From the NCBI GenBank assembly GCA_963850885.1, contig CAWKOD010000040.1:9962-73961 (forward strand): 64,000 nucleotides of DNA, written 5' to 3'. A program made the position numbers and the translations under genes. Each line of letters begins with the position of its first letter. Positions within the stretch are counted from its first letter, which is position 1. Positions 55,137 to 64,000 of the stretch are shown one piece after another. Source of the stretch: an uncultured Alphaproteobacteria bacterium (GTDB taxonomy: Bacteria; Pseudomonadota; Alphaproteobacteria; Rhizobiales; Xanthobacteraceae). The notes beneath the pieces are model-generated. The model was not told the origin of the DNA. It did not search any database and was given only the letters and a program-made list of their open reading frames with translations.

Positions 55137-56130
55137 CTATTTGCCCATCGTCAGCACGATGCGCCCGCGAACTTTTCGATCCTTGATGTCGCCCAACGCC
55201 TGCGCGAACTGCTCGAGCGGATAGGCCTTGGTCGGCAGCGGCTTCAATTTCCCCGCCGCGTGCATCGCATAGATATCGGCGAACGCCGCCTGCATGTCGG
55301 CGGGCTTGCGCTTGCGGTAATCGCTGATCTGCATGCCGCTGACTTCGATGTTCTTCACCAGCACGTAGTTCATCTTCAGCGACGGGATGCGTCCCGCCGC
55401 AAAGCCGATGACGATCAACCGCCCGCACCAGGCGAGCGCCCGCACCGCGGCGTCGAAAATATCGCCGCCCAGCATGTCGACGATGATGTCCACGCCCTTT
55501 TTGTCGGTCAGCGCGAACACCTGCTGGCGAAGACCCTCATGCAGATCCGGCACCGACAGATCGACGATCGCGTCGGCGCCGGCGGCGCGCACGATGTCCT
55601 CCTTGTCCTTGCTCGCCACCGCGGCGAACACCTTGCCGCCCATCGCCTTGGCCAACTGGATCGCGGCAAGCCCGACGCCGCCGGTCGCGCCGAGCACCAG
55701 CACCGTCTCGCCCGGCGCGATCCGGCCGCGGTCCTTCAGCGCGAAATAGGCGGTGTCGTAAACCAGCGCCATCGACGGCGGCTTCCTCGAACGGCAGCGC
55801 CGGCGGCAGCTTGATGCACTGGCCCTCCGGCATCACCGCGAACTCGGCAAATCCCGCCGACTCCGCCATCAGCAGCGCGTGGTCGCCCGGCTTGAACTTC
55901 GTCACGCCGTCGCCCACCGCCGCGACCACGCCGACCGGCAGCTTGCCGGGAATGAACGGCAGCGGCGGCTTGAACTGATAGCTGCCGCTCATCATCACCA
56001 GATCGACGAAATTGACCGAGACCGCCCGCGTCTCGAGCAGCACCTCGCCCGCTTTCGGCGCGGGCTTCGGCATGTCGCCCAGGCTTGCGTTCTCGATGCC
56101 ACCGAATTCGCGGACCACGACTGCGCGCAT
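55137..56130 (-). CDS. NADPH:quinone oxidoreductase family (Zn-free MDR), frameshift near 55775
   Basis: MRAVVVREFG, VNFVD..GSYQFKPPLPFIPG, LGATGGVG, GRLIVIGFAAG. Confidence 0.88.
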
Positions 56131-56174
56131 ATCGATCTCTGCTGACTGGGCGGTTTCGTTGCTGGATTGAACCA

Positions 56175-57498
56175 TCAATCGGTGTGGCGGCCAAACAGCA
56201 GCGTCAGATTGATGCGGTGATTTTCGTAGCCGGTTGCGAAATCCGTGGCGCCGGAGCGGTGAAACAGCCGGGATTCGAACAGGACCGCGCGGTTCTCGCG
56301 GTAAGGCACAACCAGGCTGTCGGCGGCGTGCCGGTCCAGGAATGCCGAGATCGCTGCCATGTCCGCATCGTAGCCTTGCACCTGCCATGCCGCGGGTGGC
56401 GGAACGCGGCACACGACCAGTCCGCCGCCATCGGGATTGCGGTTGGCGTGGTCCGGCGTCACCCAGAAGTTGATGCTGACGGCGGCATCGTCGGCGTGGG
56501 CGTCAATGGCCGCCGTGGCTTCGAGGCCCTTGAACGCCCAGGCCTGGGACAGCGGATGCGCTTTCGAGCAGGTCGGGAAAGGCGCCGCGAATCTCGTCGG
56601 CAATCTGAAGCAGCAGCGGGCAGGCGAGGCCATCCTCGAGATAGGAGGCGACGAAGCCGCCGATGTGGCTGAAGTCGTGCCAGATCGTGCTTTCGAGCAA
56701 GTGGCGCTTCAGCGCGGCGAGGGCCGGAGGGGTGAGGAGGTCGTCGAACCACACCGCGCCGCATTCGCCCTCGCGGTAGCGCTCCATCAGGGTGTCCCGG
56801 TCCGGCCGCTCGCTGACGGCACGGCCCGCGATCTCCGGCGCAGCGCCGACATGGATCGCGGTGTTGTAGTCCTCGCCGAGTGCGTCGAGCTGCTCGTCGG
56901 ACAGCGGCACGGCCTGCTCCGGAACGCCTTCCGCGACCGCTTCATAGTTCCGCGCCAGAGCTTCGAAGCGCAGCCGGTCGCGGCGACGCTCCGCCAGATA
57001 ACGGAACTGCTCGGCGTCGTGCAGGAGCTTGTCGCGCACCGCCCAGGTCAGCGACTTGGCCGCGATGCCGGACCGGTCGTCGCCGCGCCGGAGCTCGTAG
57101 GTGCGCGCGAAATGATCGAGCGCGCGGCCGCGGTCGCCTTCGGCGAGCCAGAGGAAGCCGAGCGCGCGATGGGCGTCGTAGTGGCCAGGATCGATCGCGC
57201 AGACCCGCGCGAAGCTCTGCAAGGCGTCGCGCGATTGGCCGAGCGCCTGCAGCGCCGAGGCGCGGTTGTAATGCGCGGAGGCATATTGCGGTTCGGCAGC
57301 GATCGCGGCGTCGAAATGGGCGAGGGCTTCGCGATGCCTGCCCTTGGCCGCGGCGATGACGCCGAGATTGTGGGTGACGGCCGGATGGCCCGGAGCAAGG
57401 CCAAGCGCGTCACGGTAGGCGGCCTCGGCCTGATCGAGACGCCCGGCCTCGTGATGCGCGACCGCGTCGGCAACGGATTGCTCGAATGGGCTCGCCAT
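56175..57498 (-). CDS. TPR protein with C-terminal 2OG-Fe(II) oxygenase-like domain (frameshift near 56565)
   Basis: About four TPRs (AEAAYRDAL, HNLGV, HYNRASAL, HRALG); C-terminal AWAFK..HAD..NFW..GGGL..LFH..RINLTLLFG. Confidence 0.72.
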
Positions 57499-57522
57499 GA
57501 CAGCCGCCGAATGCGCGGCGGA

Positions 57523-58470
57523 TCAGACGCCGACCGACGCCGCGACCAGCGGGTCGCTCTCCATGTCGGCGTCTTTCACCGCACCGATCAGCTCGGTGAC
57601 CTTCTTGATGCCGCGCTCGTCGCACCAGGCTTCGAGGTCGTCGATGATCTGGATCAGCGCCGTCGGATTGCGGAAACCCGCATAGCCGATGCCGACCGCG
57701 CTCGCGCCCGCGAGCATGTATTCGACCACGTCTTCGGCCTTGGTCACGCCGCCGATGCCGATGATCGGGATCTTCACCTGCTTCGCCACCTGATAGACCA
57801 TCCGCAGCACGATCGGCTTCAGCGCCGGCGAAACCAGTCCGCCGAACTTGTTGCCGAGCGCGGGGCGGAAGTTGTCGGTCCTGATCTTGAGCGACAGGAA
57901 GGTGTTGGCGATCACCAGGCAATCGGCGCCGGCGGCTTCGGCGGCACGCGCGATCGAGACGATGTCGCCGGCATTGGGCGACAGCTTCACCCACAGCGGC
58001 TTCTTGGTTTTCGCCCGGATCGCCGTGATGCAGTCGCGGGTGTAGTCCTCGTGCATCGCGAAGTTGCCGCCCGTCTGGTTGCGGGTCGGGCACGAGATAT
58101 TCGCCTCGATCACGTCGACGTCCGGAACGCTCAGCTCTTCGGCGAGCGCCGCGAAATCCTCGATCGTCTCCGAGTTCACGCTGACCACCAGCGGCGGCTT
58201 GAACTTGGCGTATTCGGGCACGATGTGATCGACGAAGTATTCGATGCCTTTGCCCGGCAGCCCGATCGACTGGATGATTCCGGCTTCGGTCTCGGCCATG
58301 CGCGGCGTCGGATTGCCGAGCCGCGGCTCGCGGCAGATGGTCTTTGCGACCAGCGCGCCGAGCCGGTTGAGGTCGATGACGTCGTTGTATTCCCAGGAGA
58401 AGGCGCCGGACGCCGGCTGAATCGGATTTTGCAGCGTGATGTCGCCGATCTTGACCGAGAGGTCTACCAT
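57523..58470 (-). CDS. Class 1B dihydroorotate dehydrogenase-like catalytic subunit (divergent)
   Basis: NPIQPASG, GNPTPRMAET, ANISCP, VKLSPN, ANT, IPIIGIGG, LAGASAV. Confidence 0.85.
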   Translation of the reverse strand: MVDLSVKIGDITLQNPIQPASGAFSWEYNDVIDLNRLGALVAKTICREPRLGNPTPRMAETEAGIIQSIGLPGKGIEYFVDHIVPEYAKFKPPLVVSVNSETIEDFAALAEELSVPDVDVIEANISCPTRNQTGGNFAMHEDYTRDCITAIRAKTKKPLWVKLSPNAGDIVSIARAAEAAGADCLVIANTFLSLKIRTDNFRPALGNKFGGLVSPALKPIVLRMVYQVAKQVKIPIIGIGGVTKAEDVVEYMLAGASAVGIGYAGFRNPTALIQIIDDLEAWCDERGIKKVTELIGAVKDADMESDPLVAASVGV

Positions 58471-59334
58471 CCCACGGCCTCCTGCATGTTGAACACCGGG
58501 CCATCGCGGCAGACGCGCCGGAGCACCCGCTGGCCATCGACCTCGAACGTGCGCATGCAGACGTAGCAGGCGCCGAAGCCGCACACCATGATCTGCTCCA
58601 TGGCGACCTGGCCTGGAATGCCGTGCTTCTTGCCGAGCCGCTGCATCAGCTTCAGCAGCCGGTTGGAGCCGCAGGTGAAGAAGGCGTCGGCCTTGCGCTG
58701 TGCGATCAGGTCCTCGAGGATTTTCTCGACATTCTCGACCGCGCTGCTGTTGTCGGAATCGACCACGACCATGGTGCGTGCGCCGAGACCTTCGAACAAC
58801 TCCTTCGACATCACGACGCCGGGATTGCGCGCGGAGAGGATCGCGGTGACGCCGACCTTGTTCTCGGCCGCCAGTTGCGACAGCGGCGCGAGCGTGGCCA
58901 GGCCGACGCCGCGGCCGAGCACCACGATATTTTTCCAGCCCGGATCGAGCGTGAAGCCGTGGCCCAGCGGGCCCGCGACGTTGAAGTCGTCGCCCGGCTC
59001 GAGCAATGCCATGCCGCGGGTGCCGCGGCCTTCGGTCTTGTAGAGAAACTCGATCTGACCATTGCGTCCTGTCGACGCGGTACACGCTCATCGGCCGGCG
59101 CATCCAGACCTCGGCCCCGTCGGGCGACGGGCAGAGCAGGTGGAACATCTGCCCGGCGTAGGCCTTCAACGCCTGCGGGTGAACCTTGAGGACGACGTGT
59201 TTGTATTCGTCGTTGATCGAGGCATTCGACACCACGGTGCCGATGAACTCGCCAACCTTCCGCTCCGGATAAGTGTCGACGTCCCCGATCCGGAGCGCTG
59301 AATTGGTGTATTTGTCGGACGTCTCAAACGCCAT
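58464..59334 (-). CDS. PyrK-like FAD/2Fe-2S electron-transfer subunit (frameshift near 59060)
   Basis: RRPMS, GPLGHGF, GRGVGLA, TCGS, MEQIMVCGFGACYVC..RVCRDGPVF. Confidence 0.87.
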
Positions 59335-59391
59335 GTCGCTGCGGTATTTTGCTTGATTTCTGCGGGCCTTACCAAACGCCCGTTGACCGTT

Positions 59392-59420
59392 GATATGTGG
59401 CAGGCCGCAACCTGAGTCAA
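59392..59420 (-). promoter_or_regulatory. Possible sigma70 promoter for the pyrK-like gene
   Basis: Minus strand TTGACT-N17-CATATC, about 60 bp upstream of ATG 59334. Confidence 0.4.
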
Positions 59421-61099
59421 TTGGGGTTTGCCGCATCCCTGCTGCGTGTCCCGTCGAAACGCACAGGCTGCGGCGTCACGCGGCCGGCCTCGATCCAGTC
59501 CAGGATCGCCCGCTTGAGCATCTTGCCGTTCGGCGTCAGCGGGATCTCGTCGAGCCGCAGGAAATATTCCGGCATGTCGTATTTCGACAGGCCGGCGGCA
59601 TCGAGATGCGTCAGCAGTTCGGCCGGCGCCACGTCCGTGCCGGCCCGGCGTCACCACGGCGAGGCAGACCTTCTCGCCCAGCCGCGCGTCCTTCATCGGC
59701 ACCGCGGCGGCGCGCTGCACCGCCGGATGCCGCGTCGCCAGCTCCTCGATATGCGCCGGATGGATGTTGTGGCCGCCGCGGATGATGATGTCCTTGCTGC
59801 GGCCGGCGATGCGCAGATAGCCCAGCGCATCGATCGAGCCGAGATCGCCGGTCATGAACCAGCCGCTCTTGTTGAAGGCGTCTTCCGTCGCGGCCTGATC
59901 GTCGAAATAGCCGAGCATCAGGCTCGCGCCGCGGCCGCCGAGCTGGCCGACCTCGCCGATTGCGGCTTCGGTGTCGGGATCGTTCTCCTTGAAGACACGA
60001 AGCTCGTAGCCGGCGCAGCACTTGCCCGATGTCTCGATGATCAGCCGCGCCTCGTCGTCCGGCATGGTGTACTGGTGGCCGCAGCTCTCGGTCATGCCGT
60101 AGCCGCTCTGCGGCTTGATGCCCTGGGCGATCAGGCCCGCGACCACCTCGCTCGGCACCGCGGAGCCCGAGATGCGGAAGCCGGTCAGCCGGCCGAGGCC
60201 CTTCAATCCGCGCTTCTGCATCTCGGCCAGAAGATCGATGGCGTTCGGCGGCACGCCGACCAGGAAGCTGGTGTTGGTTTCGAGAATGCGGTCGGCGAGG
60301 CTCGCGCCGCGCGGCAGGTCGTTGATGACGAGCTCGGCGCCCATCGCCAGCGCCATCACCTGCGCGCCGAAGCCCAGATTGTGGCTGAGCGGCGAGAGCG
60401 TATAGACCACCGAGGTGTTGCCGATGCTCCAGTCCTTGGCAAGCTGGCGCGCGTTGGCGAGCAGCGTGTTGTCGGAGTGCATCACGCCCTTCGGCTTGCC
60501 GGTGGTGCCGGAGGTGAACGCCAGATAGACGATCTGGTTGGGGTCGGTCTTGTCTGCGGCGCTGTCGTTCTTGGCCGGCGCAAGCTCGGCAAACGGCGCC
60601 TTGTCGGTCTCGGCCAGCGGCTTCAGTTGATAGACGTGCCGCAGCGTCGGAACCGCCTTGAGCGCGTCGATCAGGTCGCGCTTGTCGGCGTCGGCGCCGT
60701 AGCCGTTCTGCCAGATGAAGGCGACGCAGCGCGTGCGCTGCATCAGCTCGACCACCTCGCCGGTGGTGTGGTCGCGGTGCAGCGACGGCGAGCAGATCGC
60801 GCCGCTCTTCGAGCAGGCCAGCAGCGCGACCACGCTCTCGATCCGGCTCGGCAGCCAGACGCCGACACGCTGGCCTGGGCGCACGTCATAGCGGGCGAGA
60901 TCGGCGGCGAGCGCATCCGCCGCCGCCAGCAGTTGCGCGTAGGTCAGCCGGCGATACCGGTCGCGCACCGCGAACGCCTGCGGGCGTGTGCTGCGGCATG
61001 CCAGCGCACCAGCGCATAGATGGTGTCGCCCTGCCAGAAGCCTTCGGCTTCGTATTTCTCGATCAGCTCGGCCGACAGCCGCGTCAGGATTGTGTTCAT
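59417..61099 (-). CDS. AMP-forming acyl-CoA ligase (cyclohexanecarboxylate/medium-chain-like), frameshifts near 61000 and 59640
   Basis: MNTILTRL..GFWQGDTIY; FTSGTTGKPKG, YGMTE, GWFMTGDLG, GRSKDIIIRGG, PLTPNGK. Confidence 0.88.
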
Positions 61100-61284
61100 G
61101 GCCGGTAAGATCGTTCGGGCCGCGCGCTAATTCAACGAAATTCCGGCGCGCTCGATCAGCGGCGGCCATCTCAACCTGGCCGCGCAGGATTCTCGTGGCC
61201 GTAGTCCGCTGCGACCATTGCCGCGACATCGTAACGTTGGATCGGACTGATGCCGCGCGATGCGACGGCGGATTGTTCTGAGGG

Positions 61285-61473
61285 CTAGGAAGGGTTCCGC
61301 TCGATGACGCGCGGCCAGCGGTCCTGCCGCTTGTCCTCGTCCATTTCGGCGGCCTTGGCGTTGAGCTCGGCGGCCATCAGGCGCAAACGCTCGGCGCTCG
61401 TGAGATCGAAGCAGCTTCGCGCGATGCGGAGGCAGTTTTCGGCTTGGCGACGCAGGAACTCGGGGGTCAACAT
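61285..61473 (-). CDS. Small helical hypothetical protein
   Basis: MLTPEFLRRQAENCLRIAR..ERLRLMAAE..KAAE; pattern common in rhizobial small proteins; upstream ECF-like promoter. Confidence 0.6.
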   Translation of the reverse strand: MLTPEFLRRQAENCLRIARSCFDLTSAERLRLMAAELNAKAAEMDEDKRQDRWPRVIERNPS

Positions 61474-61524
61474 CAGTTGGCTTGTTTCTTTTTCTCGAGG
61501 TAGCGGTTCGATCCAATGGTTTTA

Positions 61525-61549
61525 AATGCAAGGATCGGATGTTGGTTCC
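61525..61549 (-). promoter_or_regulatory. Putative EcfG-type promoter
   Basis: Minus strand GGAAC-N16-CATT upstream of the 62-aa gene. Confidence 0.5.
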
Positions 61550-61646
61550 CGGGAACCCTGGCATGTTTGGGGATATTCCTAATGCCTTCACCGGACAGGA
61601 GAAATTCAGGGCGCTTGACTTCGGGCGTAGGGCTCCGGAATGTTTA

Positions 61647-61661
61647 GAACAAACAGTGAAC
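61647..61661 (+). promoter_or_regulatory. Alphaproteobacterial LexA (SOS) box
   Basis: GAAC-AAACAGT-GAAC (GAAC-N7-GAAC) just before imuA and downstream of a TTGACT -35 at 61615. Confidence 0.88.
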
Positions 61662-61678
61662 AAATCCGAGAGATTCCC

Positions 61679-62482
61679 ATGGGCACGGCCGCGCCACAGC
61701 CCACGCTGAACCGTCTCCGCCAGACCCTGGCGGAAATCGATCCGAGCAATGCCCCCCGCCTCGCCGGCGAGGAGCGGCTCGTTGGGCTTGCCGATCCGAT
61801 CGACCGAGCCCTCGGCGGCGGGCTTGCCTGCGGCGCGCTGCATGAGCTTGCCCCCACGGCGCCCATCCATCTCGGCGCCACCAGCGGATTTGCCCTCGCC
61901 GTTGCGGCGCGCGCGAGCGGGGAGCGGCGGCAGGTTCTTTGGGTGACCACCGATTACGCGGCGGGCGAGGGCGGCGGACCCTATGGCCCCGGCCTCGACC
62001 TGTTCGGCATGGCCTCGGCGCGCCTGCTGATGCTCCGCGTGCCGAAGCCCGTCGATGTGCTCTGGGCGATGGAGGAGGCGCTGCGCTGCCGCGCGCTCGC
62101 CTGCGTCATCGCCGAAATGACCGGCGAGGGCGCGGCGGCCGATCTCACCGCGACGCGCCGCCTCGCGCTCGCCGCGCGCGAAGGCATCAGCGCGCAGAAC
62201 TCCGGCCTCGGCCTGCTGATCCGCCACAAGATCACCGACATGCCGAGCGCGGCGGCGACCCGCTGGGAGATCGCGCCGGCGCTGAGCCAGCCCGACGCCT
62301 ATGGCGGCATCGGCCGCGCGCGTTTCGACCTTTCGCTTTGCAAGAACCGGCGCGGACCGTCCGGCCGTTGGATCATCGAGTGGGATCATCATGAGCGTGC
62401 TTTCCAGCCGGCGCTATCTGTCGGTGTGGCTGCGCCGGCTCTCGACCGACCGGATCGAGCGCCGCTCGTCCGAGCGGGTTGA
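61679..62482 (+). CDS. imuA: ImuA (RecA/SulA-like mutagenesis protein)
   Basis: IDRALGGGLACGALHE, PYGPGL, DVLWAMEEALRC, RRLALAA, AATRW; precedes imuB. Confidence 0.88.
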   Translation: MGTAAPQPTLNRLRQTLAEIDPSNAPRLAGEERLVGLADPIDRALGGGLACGALHELAPTAPIHLGATSGFALAVAARASGERRQVLWVTTDYAAGEGGGPYGPGLDLFGMASARLLMLRVPKPVDVLWAMEEALRCRALACVIAEMTGEGAAADLTATRRLALAAREGISAQNSGLGLLIRHKITDMPSAAATRWEIAPALSQPDAYGGIGRARFDLSLCKNRRGPSGRWIIEWDHHERAFQPALSVGVAAPALDRPDRAPLVRAG

Positions 62483-63949
62483 GACCTTCGTCGTCGTCGC
62501 GTCGATCAAGGGTGCGCAGCGCATCACCGCTCTGACCGACGGCGCGGCACGGCTCGGCCTCAAGGTCGGCATGGGGCTGGCCGACGCCCGCGCCCGGTAT
62601 CCGAAGCTGCCGGTGGTGGAGGCCGATCCGGAGGCCGACCGGCGCCTGCTCGAAAATATCGCCGACTGGTGCGACCGCTACACGCCGCTGGTCGGCCTCG
62701 ATGCGCCGGACGGCTTGCTCCTCGACGTCACCGGCTGCGCGCATCTGTTCGGCGGCGAAGCGGCGCTCGCGCGCGATCTGGTCACGCGGCTCACGCAGCA
62801 GGGCCTGCGCGCCCGCGTCGCGGTCGCCGACACGGTCGGCTGCGCCTGGGGCGTCGCGCGCTATGGCAAGCCCGGCATCGTCCCGCGCGGCGAAACCAAA
62901 GCGGCCGTGCTGCCGCTGCCGATCGCGGCGCTGCGCGTCGATGCCGAGACCGCCGCGGATCTGAAAACGTCCGGCCTCATCTGCGTCGCCGATCTCGCCG
63001 CGCGTCCGCGCGCGCCGTTCGCCGCGCGCTTCGGCAAGGCGCTGCTGCTCCGTCTCGATCAGGCGCTGGGCGATGCCGACGAGCCGATCACGCCGCGCCT
63101 GCCGCTGCCGGCCGCCATGGCCGAGCAGCGCTTTCCCGAGCCGATCGCCCGCGAGGCCGACGTGCTCGGCACCATCGAGCATCTGGCGCGTCAGCTTGTT
63201 CGCTGTGCTGGATCGGCGCGGCGAGGGCGGGCGGTTGTTCCAGGTGGCGCTGTTTCGCGCCGACGGCAAGGTGCATCGGCTCGAGATCGGCACCGGCTCC
63301 CCGCTGCGCGATCCCGCGCGCATCCGAAAATTGTTCGAGGAGCGGCTCGCCGTGCTCGGCGACGCCTGCGATCCGGGCTTCGGCTACGACATGGTGCGGC
63401 TCTCGGCGCTGGTCACCGAGCGTTGCGATCCGGCGCAGACCGGACTTGCGGGCTCCGATCACGCCGAGGAGCTGGCGCATCTGATCGACCGGTTCGGCGC
63501 GCGGTTTGGCCTGCGCCGCGTGACGCGGCTCGTTCCGCAGGACACGCATATTCCGGAATATGCGGTGGCGGCGGTGCCGGCGCATGCGCCGCGCCGCTGC
63601 GATCGGCGGCCATGCACCGCTGTTGAGCAGGACATCTCTGTCCGCCGTCCGTCCGCTGCGTCTGTTCGAGCGGCCGGAACCGATCGAGGCCATCGCCGAG
63701 GTGCCGGACGGGCCGCCGATGCAATTTTCCTGGCGGCGCATGACGCATCAGGTCGCTCAGGTCGAAGGCCCGGAGCGCATCGCCATGGAATGGTGGCGCG
63801 ACGATCACGGCAACAAGCTGACGCGCGATTATTTCCGCGTCGAGAGCAAAGCTGGCGCGCGGATGTGGCTCTACCGCGAAGGGCTTTACGACCGGGAGGT
63901 TAAGCCGCCCGATCAGCCGCGTTGGTATCTGCACGGCTTGTTTGCGTGA
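62391..63949 (+). CDS. imuB: ImuB (inactive Y-family polymerase), frameshifts near 63200 and 63600-63650
   Basis: RRYLSVWL, DRYTPLV, LLLDVTGCAHLFGGE, EGPERIAMEWW, RDYFRVE, WYLHGLFA. Confidence 0.9.
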
Positions 63950-63958
63950 GTGCGAGTC

Positions 63959-64000
63959 ATGTCTGCGTATGCCGAGCTGGCCGTCACGACGAATTTCTCG
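63959..64000 (+). CDS. dnaE2: Error-prone DNA polymerase DnaE2, N-terminal fragment at window edge
   Basis: MSAYAELAVTTNFS matches the PHP-domain start of DnaE2; lies directly after imuB. Confidence 0.75.
   Translation, partial: MSAYAELAVTTNFS

Noticed and set aside
57523-59436. 637-aa PyrK-PyrD fusion
   Set aside because: The middle is out-of-frame sequence; the real PyrK C-terminus is in 58464..59012 and PyrD starts at 58470.

Overview
GC-rich alphaproteobacterial DNA; gene content and small-protein families suggest Hyphomicrobiales (Xanthobacteraceae/Bradyrhizobiaceae-like), which is inference. The window is a dense uptake and catabolism region with no rRNA, tRNA, CRISPR, phage or transposase that I can see. 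More than 20 genes carry 1-bp frameshifts, most likely long-read consensus errors, so several long ORFs in the supplied track are chimeras. In order: a CYTH-CHAD gene and a PsiF-like gene flanking a Pho box; an operon of two PuuE-like deacetylases, a flavin monooxygenase, an amidase and a sugar-type ABC importer; an RND pump; a divergent molybdenum-hydroxylase cluster with an embedded UbiD decarboxylase, crotonase, LLM monooxygenase, ThDP enzyme and Bug receptors, interrupted by a collagen-like lipoprotein; a phnDDCEE importer with Pho-like repeats; a third Mo subunit with an NtaA/DszA-type monooxygenase; a secreted CxxCH/Vgb-propeller protein; an ADP-forming CoA ligase/crotonase pair divergent from Bug-tcuA-like-deacetylase; small genes with EcfG-type promoters; ogt; a class 1B PyrK/PyrD-like pair with an altered pocket followed by a TPR/2OG-Fe(II) oxygenase; an acyl-CoA ligase; and a LexA-boxed imuA-imuB-dnaE2 cassette. 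The best candidates for new biology are the UbiD/Mo-hydroxylase module and the divergent PyrK/PyrD-TPR oxygenase operon. All functions come from motifs read by eye; no searches were run.
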